The notes: generated by a model from the sequence alone, not told the origin. A DNA stretch of 64,000 nt from Rhynchopus sp. YZ270_cl-10 (GCA_964035575.1 OZ037836.1:1302001-1366000); one strand, 5' to 3'; positions 26,386 to 40,390 are shown, numbered from the stretch's first letter. Numbers and translations are program-made.

Positions 26386-27219
26386 TCATTGTGCGTGTCT
26401 CTGTCGCTTCTGGCTTTGCTCGGGGGATTCGTCTCTGCTTCGTTTCGGACGTGCTTCAACCACAAGCTTCCTCAGCTCGCCCTTCCTCACTTCGTCGGAC
26501 ACAACACTGCTGCAGCCGGAAAGGTAAATGCTCGTCAACGAAGTGCAGCGCGCAGCAAAATGCGCACTTCCAAAAGCCATAGTCATATGCGTCACGTTGC
26601 TGAGTGGAGACAAATCCAGGGTTGTTAAGCTGCTGCACTGCGAAAGGAAGCTCACACCCACCTGCGTCACCTTGCTGAGTGGTGACAAATCCAGGTTCGT
26701 TAAGCTCGTGCAGCACAACAGGAACTCTGCGCCAACCTCCGTCACATTGCTCAACCCAGAGAGGTTGATACTTGTCAACGAGATGCAGCCTGCCAGGAAG
26801 CTGTCTCCAATGCGAGTCACAATGGACTCAGCACTGAGATCAAGTCTCGTCAACGAAGTCCGTGCCAAGAAGTATTTCGGAATGACAGTCGCAACCTCCG
26901 CCTGCAGAAGCAAACACGCCACCTCAGGATCCCTCACACTCTCCAACTTCTCGGCTGTGATGTCGGTCACACCCAACGCATGAAGCTCTGCAATGGCTTC
27001 GTACTTCTTCGTTTTCGTGAGGATGATTGTGTCACCAGCACTCAGCTGCGTCATGTCCGCTCCTTCTCCCATTGGTTCGTCTCCGAAACTCATGCAAAAG
27101 CCGTGTTCAGGCAACCCCATTGCAGACGCCACCTTCCGCTGCGAGCCCTCCACTGTGTCATCTTCACCCACCTCGACCGCATGCTTCACTCCGTTCAACC
27201 CTTTGATAGTCAAATCCAT
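26386..27219 (-). CDS. UBL-LRR protein copy 2 (277 aa, ~5 LRR units)
   Basis: Start MDLTIKGLNG at 27219 by homology with the other copies. It has a different 5' flank. Confidence 0.9.
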   Translation of the reverse strand: MDLTIKGLNGVKHAVEVGEDDTVEGSQRKVASAMGLPEHGFCMSFGDEPMGEGADMTQLSAGDTIILTKTKKYEAIAELHALGVTDITAEKLESVRDPEVACLLLQAEVATVIPKYFLARTSLTRLDLSAESIVTRIGDSFLAGCISLTSINLSGLSNVTEVGAEFLLCCTSLTNLDLSPLSKVTQVGVSFLSQCSSLTTLDLSPLSNVTHMTMAFGSAHFAARCTSLTSIYLSGCSSVVSDEVRKGELRKLVVEARPKRSRDESPEQSQKRQRHAQ

Positions 27220-29615
27220 ATTTGATTTGTGGTTCGATGTTTTCCCTTGTTGTTGTACTGAGGTGATGTTGATGTGGAGAAAGTGTGGGAAAGAAACAAC
27301 ACAGCACATCTGCTCTCTATTTGTAACATGGAAGTGTGCGTAAACCCCCAGGGTGAACACAAGCAGAACTTGACAAACGCCAAGTCACCCAAGAACACTG
27401 GCATTTGCATTTCCGGAATCCGTCCCGTGGTGGGGTCACTTTCAAGAACAAAAAATCAGGGCCAAGAAAAGGGCATCCACCCCACGCAAGGAAGAACGCC
27501 AAAGGTGCTCTCGTGCTGCAACCACAGACAAGCTGAGGTGCCAGACAAATGCACGAAAGCACCCCACCGCCAGACACAGCTTCCCCTCCCATCATCACCA
27601 CAAAACGATGGAGGGAAGCGCCACACCCAAACCCCCCCACACTCACAACACTGTCCTCCACCTCCCACAAAGACAGCCGTTCACCCCAAGCACCCCAAGC
27701 ACCCCAAGCACCCCAAGCACCCCAAGCACCCCAAGCACAACAAAGCGCGTCCTCCCCCTGAGTCCCCCCAGTCACACCATCAAGTGAAAGCACGCGACCG
27801 CAGGCACACGGTACGCCACTTTTATTCTTTCGCCACGCTGCATGCTTCCTTTTCCTTCGGCGTTTGACCAATTGAGTCGTGTTCTGGTCTCCCACGGTGG
27901 GCCCTTGAGCCCCCAGGGCCTCTGCATCCGTGACACACCCTACGGTACAGTCGACGGAATGATGGAATGATGCCACCTTTTCCCCCTGGAACGATGAGAA
28001 AAAAAAAAAAAAATAAAAACGCCAAAAACCCGGAACGATGGAACGATGGTTAGCATAATGCCTGAAAAAACCAGCGCGTGTGGAAGAAAAAAGGAAAATA
28101 TTTTTTCTGATTCAAAGCAGGGATTTTTCTAATTGTGGATTTGGATATGGATTTCAGGAAAATAAAAAAATTCCCTGAAAAAAATTCCCTGTTTTTCCCT
28201 ACAGCAATTTCAGGTACATTCTACCCCACCCCACCCCCAGAGAGTTTCGCCTGTGGGATGCGATCGATCAACGCGATCAAATAAAGCGAAAAAAGGGGGG
28301 AACAAAAAACAAAAAGAATCCCGGATTTTTGAGAAAAAAATTGGCTCTGCAGGCGGTTGCTGTAGTTGTGGGTGCAGATGTTCACGTCAGTTGCAGGCAA
28401 ACGTCCAGCATCGGAGACATTTGAGGTTGTGCACAAGAAGAAGGAGAAGACGTGTCAATCGCATTCAATTATGAGGGTTGGAAGACGGAGGAGATCTCAA
28501 ATGTTGCGCACCGTGGCTTCGCCAGACTCTTTCGCTTTAGCAAAATATGAAAGCAAACTTGATGGCAATAATTTATTGAGGCGCCGATTTCCCGCGTGGG
28601 CATTTTCCTGATGATAATTACCAACGACAGGCCATTTTATGTCAACATTTTTTAGAAATGTTGCGTTCCGTGGCTTCGCCAGGAACCTTTGGGTGCCTTG
28701 ACTACCTTTTCTTACATAAATGTACTGAGGTTACTGATAAGGCTGACACCTACGATGGATCGTGGTTCACCAGCTTTCTACGATTTTGTGCATCAGGGGG
28801 AAGAAGCCTCACCTCCCTGCACTGGCAGGAAGTCGCGCGCGCGACGCGCGCGCAGCGACCGCTTTTACGGGGGGAAAGCTCGGGACCCCAAATCACCCCG
28901 TTTTGGCCAAAAGGGGTGATTGGCAAGAGTCCTGTCAACATGTCGAAAAAGTTTTGTGGGGAAAAAATTTTTTTCCCCCCGCAAAAAAGTCAAAAAAACA
29001 GCCCAAAAACTGTATCAAAAAAACAGGGAATTTTTTGGATTTGGATTTCGGAATTTAGCCAAAAAGGGTCGGATTTAGAGATATCCTTGATTCAAAGACT
29101 TTGAAAGTGGTGTTTACGTTTTGGGTACGGGGCGGAGAATAAAATCTGTTCGATAAAAGAAACGCAAACTTTTTTTTTTGTTTTATCTTGTTCAGAACTT
29201 ATTTTATTGCCTCCAAATATTGTGCCTCAAGCCAAAATGCTTTAGGGGGGCAGGAAATAAAGTAGGTTTTTTTCCCTGCATTTTTTAGCCGTAAATGGCT
29301 GGGGTGAGGGAAAAAAAGTAAATTTGAGCAGGGAATAAATAGTAAATAGCCGGGAACCCCAGCTAAAAAGGGGCAGGGAATAAAAAGTCTATTTTTCCCT
29401 GCTGTTTTTTTGATTTTTTGCCTTCTAAGGTGCGCCTCCGTACTAACTAGACTCTCGAAAATTTTTTTGGTCACACCCCTAAAAGTGCCCAATTTTGCAA
29501 TTCCAGCAAGAATTGAGCAGTTTTGAGCCTTTCTAGGGGTCTAAAACGCGTTTTTGAGGTTTTTTTCCACCCAAAAAACTTCCCAGAGGGATTTTAACGT
29601 CAAAACCACAAGATT

Positions 29616-29849
29616 ATGCCAAGGACTACCAAGAAGCAGGCCACAGATATCTATGAGGATGCTCAGAAGAAGGCGCCCACAAAAGAAACCCATGACATCG
29701 CTTTGCAAGGATTTCTGAAATTGTCGAAGATCAAGTCCCGCAAGCCACGTGAGAAGATTACACCGCTACTTCGATCACTTGCACAAAGAACGGAAATTGA
29801 AGTCAACACCATCTGGAGTTACTTCAGCCGTCTCAACAAAAAACACTAA
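29616..29849 (+). pseudogene. Fragment resembling the N-terminal domain of Crypton-type tyrosine recombinases
   Basis: LLRSLAQRTEIEVNTIWSYFSRL recalls the (S/N)TLWSxYSxL segment of Crypton YRs, as recognised from memory. It is adjacent to a ~150-bp palindrome (30013-30158) centred on CTCGCCTTCGGCTCG. Confidence 0.45.
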
Positions 29850-31385
29850 CAAAAGTATTCAGACATACAAAAAGACCCTCCTCTCCTAGTTTTCGGCTTC
29901 ATTTCTTTTTGTACGGCACCCCAAGCACCCACCAACAGATGTGCACACGCGGTGGGTCAAAACCCCCTAAAATTTTGGCTTTCGGCACTATTTGGAGGCA
30001 ATAAAATTACAAACTCCTGGGAGAAATTGAAGATTTTTCCCCTTGGGGGGTGCCAACTCCCTCGGATTCGTATTTCCCTCGCCTTCGGCTCGGGAAATAC
30101 ACATCCTTGGGAGTTGCACCCCCCTCGGGGAAAAAAAGCTTCAATTTCTCCCTGGAGTATATAACTATTTCATGCAACAGAGGGAAGTCATGTCAACTTT
30201 TCTTTTTTGAAGTTTTCTCGTTTTTCTTTTTGTTTTTTGGCATTTTTTTTCCGCAGTGGGAGTTGGGCCAGACAATAACATGGAGAAAAACAACTTCACT
30301 GAGTATTGCCCCAAAAACTAACTATTCTACTGAATAGAAGGTATAATAGGGTGCACTAAATGTGCCCAAACTTTTTTTTTACTTTCTGTGGATTGTTTGT
30401 TTCTGATAGTGACGTGACTCGTTTTTTGTTTTTTGTTTTTTGTTTTTGTTTTTTTTGGAAAACAAAGCTTCGTTCGCAGAGTAGAAAATATTTCAGATTT
30501 CCTCGTACTTGGCATCCACAATCTCGCCCTGACGCTGCCGTGTTTTGTCATAGCTGTTGTACCCTTTCACAGCCACATTCTTCGTCATTATAAAAGCACC
30601 ACAGCCTCAAAACCAGAACGCTAGAGCAAGGCCGTAGAACCGAACGGACGGAAACTGTGAAACCTTCGGGCCACCATACACCCCTAGCATGGTGGTCGAA
30701 GTCTTCACAAAGTCTTTACAATGTACTATGCTATCTGCGCCCACGCCCTCCCTCAAGGATAGCGCTCATTGAAAAACAAAAATGACTATTTATTAAATGA
30801 AAATCAGATCGCTTGATTTTCACGCGTGGGTGACTTTTTCACGAGTGAGGTTTACTTCACGAGCGAAGCGAGTGGAGTAATAGAAACGAGTGAAAAAGTC
30901 ACCCACAAGTGAAAATCTGCCTGATTTTCATTTAACCCTTTGGTTCCGAAGGACTTTTTTTCAAAAAAAAATTTTTTGGGCCCCCCCCGGCTCTTTTTGC
31001 AGTAAAAAAATTTCTGGTGCAAATTTTTGACCGATTCTGGTCGCATTTGAAAGATTTTGAACACCGCTTTCAAATTTTCAAAAAATCGAAAAAAATCGGG
31101 AAAAAATCAGTGGTCAAAAAAGTGGGGAGCTCGTCATGAACTTTTTCAAAAATCCCAAAAAATCGACTTAAAAAAATCGGAGTGTTTCAAATGTGGTCGA
31201 AACATGCTTTATTTGAAAGATTGGTGACAATCTACATATCCCGAAAAACTTAGTAAAAAAAGTTTACACAGAAATGAGCTCACAGCATGTTGCTGCTTGT
31301 TGCCGCCAGCAGATTACCCGTTTTCACACGTTTTGCGTTGAAAACCCAGTGGGAGGGGGTAAAAGGGGGTTGGGGGTAAGGTGAC

Positions 31386-32005
31386 CTAGGGCTCTACACC
31401 CGAGTCTCTTTTCCTCTTCATTGCGTTGCTGTTCTCGGTGTGGTACTTGCGATGACACTCGGCAGGGCATAAATAGACGCCGCAGGTCATGCAGCGGTAC
31501 GTCATCCGGACTCTCACAGGTGTACGTCATCCGGACTCTCACAGGTGCCTTTGAGCACACTTTGCAGTTCCTGGGAGTATCCATCTTTGCCAGGTCCATA
31601 CCCACGTGGGGGCAGCTGGCCTTCATCCCAGCCTCGTACGGACACTCCCGCTCAGAAAGCGTGCCAGGTGGGACAGCAGTGCAGGGGCGGGTATAGCAGC
31701 ACGGATGTCAAATGTGGGCTCCTTAGACAAACCACACCAGCTGCAGTGGCCACGGTGCTTGTCGAACGACTCTTTCGACACGTCAAGGATTGCAGCACGT
31801 TTGGTCTCATTGGCCGGGTACAATGCCATGAACTCGTAGTGTCGATCTAACGTCATCTTCGGACCCGAGCATTGCACAGGATGGCAACCACCAAGCTCAT
31901 TATTCGTTTTGCGGTTCAACCCGTCAATCGCCTGGTTCAGGTAGTTCACCGAGTACGACAGACCTGGCTTGTGTACCAGCATGATGAAGCTTAATGGTTT
32001 CGCCC
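31386..32005 (-). pseudogene. piggyBac transposase C-terminal remnant (cysteine-rich domain)
   Basis: Removing a 26-bp tandem duplication (~31497-31547) gives RNCKVCSK..MTYRCMTCGVYLCPAECHRKYH, the piggyBac CRD pattern. Confidence 0.8.
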
Positions 32006-32011
32006 CCCCTA

Positions 32012-33209
32012 GGGGATACGACTCCAGCCATTTTGGCTGGGACCAAACGCACGGAAAATTCATTTGGCATTATCTGGCCATCTCCAAGGCAACTGCGGGT
32101 GAAAAACACCCTCAGAGTGGGTCACAGGGGGCCTGTGGGTCGAAAAACGACCCAGAAGCCACCCCAGAATACAAAAAAATGGAAAAAAATAGTGAAAAAA
32201 CGGCTTTTTTCACGTTTTGGCCACTTTGGGCAAAATAGCGATTTTTCGAGAAAAAAATCAAAAACCGGGATATTTTTTGACATCACAAAGCCTCCTTTGG
32301 CACAAATATACCCCAAAAGTGGCCTGTGAGTCCATTCCAACCTGTTTTGGACATATTTGACACTTTTGGAAGTGTTTTTTTGGTGTTTTTAGGTCAAAAA
32401 AATGCCCAAGACGTCCCCAAGACATCCCCAAGACACTTTGCACACCCCCTGTTACGGTCATATTTTTTTCGTTTTTTTGCCTGAAACCCCCAAAATACCC
32501 CTCCCGGACCCCACATAGTCCCGAATATCCATCACACACCCACTCAGAGTGAGTAGAAGCACCCCAAAAAAAATATTTTTTAAAGCCCTAAAATTGTGCT
32601 TCAGTTTCGGCAGCATCCATGTTGAAGTTGAAGGGCTTTAAAAAATATTTTTTTTGGGGTGCTTCTACTCACTCTGAGTGGGTGTGTGATGGATATTCGG
32701 GACTATGTGGGGTCCGGGAGGGGTATTTTGGGGGTTTCAGGCAAAAAAACGAAAAAAATATGACCGTAACAGGGGGTGTGCAAAGTGTCTTGGGGATGTC
32801 TTGGGGACGTCTTGGGCATTTTTTTGACCTAAAAACACCAAAAAAACACTTCCAAAAGTGTCAAATATGTCCAAAACAGGTTGGAATGGACTCACAGGCC
32901 ACTTTTGGGGTATATTTGTGCCAAAGGAGGCTTTGTGATGTCAAAAAATATCCCGGTTTTTGATTTTTTTCTCGAAAAATCGCTATTTTGCCCAAAGTGG
33001 CCAAAACGTGAAAAAAGCCGTTTTTTCACTATTTTTTTCCATTTTTTTGTATTCTGGGGTGGCTTCTGGGTCGTTTTTCGACCCACAGGCCCCCTGTGAC
33101 CCACTCTGAGGGTGTTTTTCACCCGCAGTTGCCTTGGAGATGGCCAGATAATGCCAAATGAATTTTCCGTGCGTTTGGTCCCAGCCAAAATGGCTGGAGT
33201 CGTATCCCC
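32012..33209. mobile_element. Foldback MITE with apparently perfect ~578-bp arms and a 42-bp spacer, TA-flanked
   Basis: 32012-32589 is the reverse complement of 32632-33209, and identical ORFs appear on both strands in the track. Confidence 0.92.
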
Positions 33210-33395
33210 TACCCCCCCCCCCCTAGGCATACATAGCGTGCGAACGGCTCATTCGCATCATTCGCATCCTGTTCGCATTGGGTATTCGCATCCTGTTCGC
33301 ATTGGCCAATGCGAACAGGATGCGAATGACATGCGAATAACATTTATTATGGGGTGGCGACAGGCAAGTTCTCATTTTTTGGTCAATTTCCGCAC

Positions 33396-33650
33396 TACAC
33401 AGTATACACAGTACACACAGTACACACAGTACACACAGTACACACAGTACACACAGTACACACAGTACACACAGTACACACAGTACACACAGTACACACA
33501 GTACACACAGTACACACAGTACACACAGTACACACAGTACACACAGTACACACAGTACACACAGTACACACAGTACACACAGTACACACAGTACACACAG
33601 TACACACAGTATACACAGTATACACAGTATACACAGTATACACAGTATAC
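33396..33650. repeat. (TA(C/T)ACACAG)n 9-bp tandem repeat
   Basis: Directly visible. Confidence 0.97.
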
Positions 33651-34052
33651 CATAGCTGATAAGCTAATAAAGCCTAATAGGATATTAGCCTATTTAAGCC
33701 TTATAGAATAGGCTAATGAAACTGGAATAGGCTAATATTTTATTAGCCTATTCCAGTCCTTCCCAGCTACCACTGGTGGTACGGTGGTAGCTGGCTTAAC
33801 CCGTTAAACAAATCCGAAAAATCCAAAATTTAAGGCCAACTCCGTTACAGACACAACACAACTTATTTCTCTTGTGTTTTTCACTGATGAGCGTGAGTGA
33901 GGTGTATGTTACAGCACCGACTGCAGCCTACGTCTAAGATGGCATATAATAGGCTATTAGCCCAATATTAGCCTATTATAAGACATACTGTGGGTGTTAT
34001 AACGTTATCGATAACGTTATAACAAGTGTTATTTTGGAATAACGTTATTCAG

Positions 34053-36103
34053 CAGTACAGTACAGTACAGTACAGTACAGTACAGTACAGTACAGTACAG
34101 TACAGTACAGTACAGTACAGTACAGTACAGTACAGTACAGTACAGTACAGTACAGTACAGTACAGTACAGTACAGTACAGTACAGTACAGTACAGTACAG
34201 TACAGTACAGTACAGTACAGTACAGTACAGTACAGTACAGTACAGTACAGTACAGTACAGTACAGTACAGTACAGTACAGTACAGTACAGTACAGTACAG
34301 TACAGTACAGTACAGTACAGTACAGTACAGTACAGTACAGTACAGTACAGTACAGTACAGTACAGTACAGTACAGTACAGTACAGTACAGTACAGTACAG
34401 TACAGTACAGTACAGTACAGTACAGTACAGTACAGTACAGTACAGTACAGTACAGTACAGTACAGTACAGTACAGTACAGTACAGTACAGTACAGTACAG
34501 TACAGTACAGTACAGTACAGTACAGTACAGTACAGTACAGTACAGTACAGTACAGTACAGTACAGTACAGTACAGTACAGTACAGTACAGTACAGTACAG
34601 TACAGTACAGTACAGTACAGTACAGTACAGTACAGTACAGTACAGTACAGTACAGTACAGTACAGTACAGTACAGTACAGTACAGTACAGTACAGTACAG
34701 TACAGTACAGTACAGTACAGTACAGTACAGTACAGTACAGTACAGTACAGTACAGTACAGTACAGTACAGTACAGTACAGTACAGTACAGTACAGTACAG
34801 TACAGTACAGTACAGTACAGTACAGTACAGTACAGTACAGTACAGTACAGTACAGTACAGTACAGTACAGTACAGTACAGTACAGTACAGTACAGTACAG
34901 TACAGTACAGTACAGTACAGTACAGTACAGTACAGTACAGTACAGTACAGTACAGTACAGTACAGTACAGTACAGTACAGTACAGTACAGTACAGTACAG
35001 TACAGTACAGTACAGTACAGTACAGTACAGTACAGTACAGTACAGTACAGTACAGTACAGTACAGTACAGTACAGTACAGTACAGTACAGTACAGTACAG
35101 TACAGTACAGTACAGTACAGTACAGTACAGTACAGTACAGTACAGTACAGTACAGTACAGTACAGTACAGTACAGTACAGTACAGTACAGTACAGTACAG
35201 TACAGTACAGTACAGTACAGTACAGTACAGTACAGTACAGTACAGTACAGTACAGTACAGTACAGTACAGTACAGTACAGTACAGTACAGTACAGTACAG
35301 TACAGTACAGTACAGTACAGTACAGTACAGTACAGTACAGTACAGTACAGTACAGTACAGTACAGTACAGTACAGTACAGTACAGTACAGTACAGTACAG
35401 TACAGTACAGTACAGTACAGTACAGTACAGTACAGTACAGTACAGTACAGTACAGTACAGTACAGTACAGTACAGTACAGTACAGTACAGTACAGTACAG
35501 TACAGTACAGTACAGTACAGTACAGTACAGTACAGTACAGTACAGTACAGTACAGTACAGTACAGTACAGTACAGTACAGTACAGTACAGTACAGTACAG
35601 TACAGTACAGTACAGTACAGTACAGTACAGTACAGTACAGTACAGTACAGTACAGTACAGTACAGTACAGTACAGTACAGTACAGTACAGTACAGTACAG
35701 TACAGTACAGTACAGTACAGTACAGTACAGTACAGTACAGTACAGTACAGTACAGTACAGTACAGTACAGTACAGTACAGTACAGTACAGTACAGTACAG
35801 TACAGTACAGTACAGTACAGTACAGTACAGTACAGTACAGTACAGTACAGTACAGTACAGTACAGTACAGTACAGTACAGTACAGTACAGTACAGTACAG
35901 TACAGTACAGTACAGTACAGTACAGTACAGTACAGTACAGTACAGTACAGTACAGTACAGTACAGTACAGTACAGTACAGTACAGTACAGTACAGTACAG
36001 TACAGTACAGTACAGTACAGTACAGTACAGTACAGTACAGTACAGTACAGTACAGTACAGTACAGTACAGTACAGTACAGTACAGTACAGTACAGTACAG
36101 TAC
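34053..36103. repeat. (TACAG)n pentanucleotide array, ~410 copies
   Basis: Directly visible. Confidence 0.99.
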
Positions 36104-36435
36104 CCCTGCTAACGACCCACCCAGAGTGGGACAAAAAAAGCTCATCCCAAAATATGCCGATCACAAAAAAATCACAAAAAACCCCGATCAGCCAACAATC
36201 ACACACCCACAGAATTCACACACTACTATAACATTCGCACTACGTTCGCATCATTCGCACTATGTTCGCACTGTGTTCGCATCGTTCGCATCATTCGCAC
36301 ATGCGAATATAGTGCGAATATAGTGCGAATGATGCGAATGATGCGAACGACAATGCGAATGAATGCGAACAGGATGCGAATGCATTCGCACATGCGAATA
36401 TATGCGAATGGTCATTCGCACGCTATGTATGCCTA

Positions 36436-37838
36436 GGGGGGGTCACATCCCATGTTAAAAGTGAGGACACCGACCAAAAAAAATTTTTTTTGAGAAAAAA
36501 ATGGACATCACCCTGAAAAACCAGAAAATATGGTCCCCAGGTGACCTACAATTCAATTCCGCCTGGTTTTGGACACTTCTGAGCACTTGTGGGGGTCTAA
36601 TTCGGATTTTTCAAAAAAAAAAAAACGGCCTGGGACAGGGTTTGTACTTTGGCACCTTTCAAATCGGGGTACAATCAAAACCCATTAAAAACACCGTTGG
36701 AAGGCATTGAGAGGGCGGGAAAAGTGCCGGGGGCACTGGATTTGCAGTTCTACGCCAAGCCCGGTCTAAAATCCTTGTGTAGGCGCAGTGGAATGGCAGT
36801 AAAGGCAAAGCGCCATATCCACTGTGGAGTGGGCCTGCTGAAGGTGTCCTCAGAGGCGATTCTGCAAGCCCTGGGGAGATTGAGTTTAAGAAAACACGCG
36901 AAAAGGGGAGGAAAGTGATATGTGTGGCATTGGGCCTCCCACGCGTCCTCCTCGCGGGTCATTGCGCACGGCTTGTCGTCAAGCAGTCTGGCCTTGCCAT
37001 GTTGGAGCAGTGTGCCTAAGTTCCCAATACGGCGTTCCTTGCCCTTGTGAGCTTTGAGGACGTCTCGCTCTTGCCGCTATATTTTGTGGCGTGCCTGTCC
37101 GTCTTCACAAGGGATGTCTCTTTCCTCCCACAATAATCTGAGTGTGGGGTCTGAAGAAGACAAAGAAGACGAGGCAGATGCGGGGTCGGTGCTTTAGTCG
37201 AGTCTATGACTGGATACCTATATACGTGTCTAGTACAGGGCTATTGTAGACTGAACTGCAAAACCAAGGGGGGAATTGGTCATTGCAATATCTGAAAAGT
37301 CATACGAGGTGTTTTTTTCCGCAAGGGAAGGTACCTGAGGGACCGGGTGAGGCAGTGACGGCAGATCTGCTCTATAATTTACACCTGACTAATTTTCCTC
37401 CCTAAATTGATCACTCCCTGGCCTATTAATGGTGTGGGTACCTAAGCGCGTGTGTACATTGGTCACTACGACCCACAAAATACAGATGCCAGGTGACCGT
37501 CTTGTCTTCTTTTGGCTGTATTCAAACGCAATTAGATGACATTAGTCAAGATGTATCCTTTACTTCCTAAAATATGAGTCATGGGCTGTTGCCATGGCCA
37601 TATCTCGTTTATGTGCTAAAAAATAGGAATAAGCAAGGTACAGACCCTGTCCCAAGACCCCTTTTTTTTTCGGAATTTTGATTTTCTGGTCACTTCCGGT
37701 CACTATTTTTGGTATTTTTGGGCCTCCAGGACGTTTTCTAGGGGGTCTTGGGTAGTGACTTGTGGGGTCGGACACTGCGCTGCGCGTAGAATTCAAAAAC
37801 CCTGAAAAAGTGCATTGTCCTCCCCTTGTGACCCCCCC
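36436..37838. mobile_element. TA-flanked element, TIR GGGGGGGTCACA
   Basis: TIR pair. Shares AATTCCGCC(T/C)GGTTTTGG with the 43481-44672 element. Confidence 0.7.
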
Positions 37839-37870
37839 TAACCCCCCCCCCCCCCCCCCCGGGCTCCCCC

Positions 37871-38099
37871 CACGACGGTGAAGTAACGGGTGTTACAAGT
37901 GGAGTTACAAGTGAGTTACATGTAACTTTTGTTACATGTAACTCACTTGTAACTCACTTGTAACCCACCAGTTACAACCTGATTTTGCCTGTAATTCATG
38001 TATCCCACTTGTAACTCACTTGTAACTCACTTGTAACGGTTTTTCACTTGTAACGTTACATGTAACTTCACTTGTAATGTACTATACTTCACCGTCGTG
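37871..38099. mobile_element. Short CACGACGGTGAAGTA MITE, CC flanks
   Basis: TIR pair with internal CACTTGTAAC repeats. Confidence 0.8.
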
Positions 38100-40390
38100 C
38101 CCCTTCTAAAATATTAAGGGATGCACAAAAGTTTTCGATTTTTGCTTCTTTTGAAAGATTTGTGGAAAATATTTCCAAATATCAAAAATGTTTTCCCGAA
38201 GTTTAGTAGAAATTTATTTAAAGCATGTCGCCATTGGAGGATAGGGGACTAACACACTTTTTTTTACCATGTTCCGATTTTACCCCCCGGGCTCTCCCAC
38301 TTCTGAAAAATCAACAGATGTACAAAAAAAATTGATTTTTGCTTCTTTTGAAAGATCTGTGCAAAATCTATCAAAATGTGTAAACCCGAAATGTTCCGAA
38401 ATGTAGTAGAAATTTAGTCAAAATATGTCGCCATTGGAGGGCCGGGAAATATCACATTTTCCCTTTCATTTTCCCATTTTACCCCCCGGGCTCTCCCACT
38501 TCTCAAAAATCAACAGGTGCACATTTTTTTTTGATTCTTGCTTCTTTTGAAAGATCTGCACAAAATCTTTCAAAATATAAAAAAGTGTTTTCCCGAAATA
38601 TAGTAGAAATTTATTTAAAGCATGTCGCCATTCGTAAAGCCACGTATGTGGCTCGCAGGAACTAAAGGGTTAATACGTAATTTTATATCACTAGTGAAAT
38701 AAAGTCTCTGTGCATTTCTGATTTTTACCTGTAAAAGTGAGTGACGTAAAGTGGACTTTATGTCACTCACTTTCACTTTAAACTACTCATTTTGTACAGG
38801 CGTGACCTAGACGAATGAAGAAAAGTAAGTCTAACTAGTGAAATAAAGTTACTTTTCTTCACTCCACACTTTTGGGCGACTTTACCGTGTTCTGGTTGAA
38901 ATTTTGACCTGATAATTTTTTTCTGGATTTGGTCAATCTGAGGGCTTTTTTGGATTTTTGAGCCATTTTATGACGCGCCACTATTCCACAAACCCGCAGA
39001 TTCTTCACTACAGCATGTTGTCACACAATACGGTACCCACTTTTACAGGTAAATATCAGAAATGCACCTCGACTATTTCACGCGTAAAATAAAATTACGT
39101 ATTTGGCACAATAGTGCACTTTCCTTCACCTCGGTGGTGGTCCTGTCGAAGCTGAAGCTTGTTGCCACTCGCTTCGCTCGTGGCAACAACTCGAACTTGA
39201 TGTGACTCGCTTCGCTCGTACAGTAAGCCTTTCAGCTCCGACGTCCCACCACCTCAGTGACGTAAAGTACACTTTATTTCACCAAATAAATAGTCTTTAT
39301 TCAAAATTTGATAAAGTTGAGATGGAAAAAATGGATGAACGTGTGAAGGAGAAAACGTGGTGTGTCATAATAAACCCGTGGTGAGTGGTGTTTGCGAGGC
39401 AGAGGGTGGGTGGGGGGTAGGTACTACAGAAAAATACCCCCATTTTAAAAATACTCCCTGACCCCGTATCATGTAGGTGTTTAAAGTACTATGTGCGATG
39501 TGAACATCTCACATGTTGGTGCAGAGGAGCTAGGCTGCACTCTTTATGTTCTCTTTGACTCGGACATATTTGCAACACTTCATGTACTCCTTCTCGTGTG
39601 CGGTTGATGAAGCTGTTGCGAGCGTGTTATCCATTGCGGTGTCTGCCTCTTCCTTTATGCTGACTCCGTGTTCCTCATCACCCACGTCTTCGGCTTCCTC
39701 CCCATTGTTGTGAAGAAACAAGGACACAAAAGTTGTATGCACCGTGTTTTCTACCAATACTATTACTGGGGGGTCAAATAGTAGACCCCCCTGAAGAGTA
39801 GCCCCCTACGCAAAAATTAGACCACATTACCACAACTACTCAAAACATGAAACCTGTTGCTTTATTTGACTCATCGTGCATTTTTGAGACCTGGACATGG
39901 GGGTCAGACTCCACTTTAGAGCACCAAAAATAGGGTCAAAAAAAATTTTTGTAAGGGGGTGGATTTTTGAATTTGTGTGGGAAAACCCACTTTTGGCCGT
40001 GAGCGTGAAATAATGTTACTTTATTTTCACGGCCAGACTTTTTACGGCTAAAATACGTGTAATACTTTATTTCACGCCCGTGAAATAAAGTAAAACCTGA
40101 AATTACTCGCCCAGCCATTTTTTCCATAGAAACTTTATCAAATTGAATAAAAAAACAAAAATATTTTCATCATATGCAATCAATAAATTGATAGTATATG
40201 GTGAGGGATCAACAAAAATGGTCCCATCTTTCCTTTTATGGTGTGTGTTTTGCAAAACGTAGAAAAGAAAAGTAAAATGCTTCGTGCACAAGTTGAAACT
40301 TCAGTAGATTGGTTTCTGACATTAACCCTGTTTCAGAAAAACAAAAATAAAATAAAATAAATAAATAAAGCGGGTTTTCCTTCTTTACTA

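Larger units (their letters stand above)
33226..36433. mobile_element. TA-flanked element, TIR GGCATACATAGCGTGCGAA, subterminal TTCGCA/TGCGAA repeats, containing two satellites
   Basis: TIR pair and flanking TA visible. Confidence 0.85.
30936..38669 (-). mobile_element. piggyBac-like DNA transposon remnant with nested insertions
   Basis: TTAA on both sides (30932-30935, 38670-38673), TIR CCCTTT(G/A)GTTCC, ~190-bp subterminal repeats at ~38120-38630, and a transposase C-terminal remnant. Confidence 0.85.
30784..39295. mobile_element. Palindromic Crypton-like element split by the piggyBac insertion (30784-30935 + 38674-39295)
   Basis: GACTATTTATT / AATAAATAGTC inverted ends. GCGAAGC-containing palindromes at 30794-30935 and ~39112-39273, and an inverted-repeat pair at 38672-39103. 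Confidence 0.55.

Noticed and set aside
34026..36323. 700-765-aa ORFs (QYSTV / VLYCT repeats)
   Set aside because: These are translations of the stop-free (TACAG)n microsatellite.
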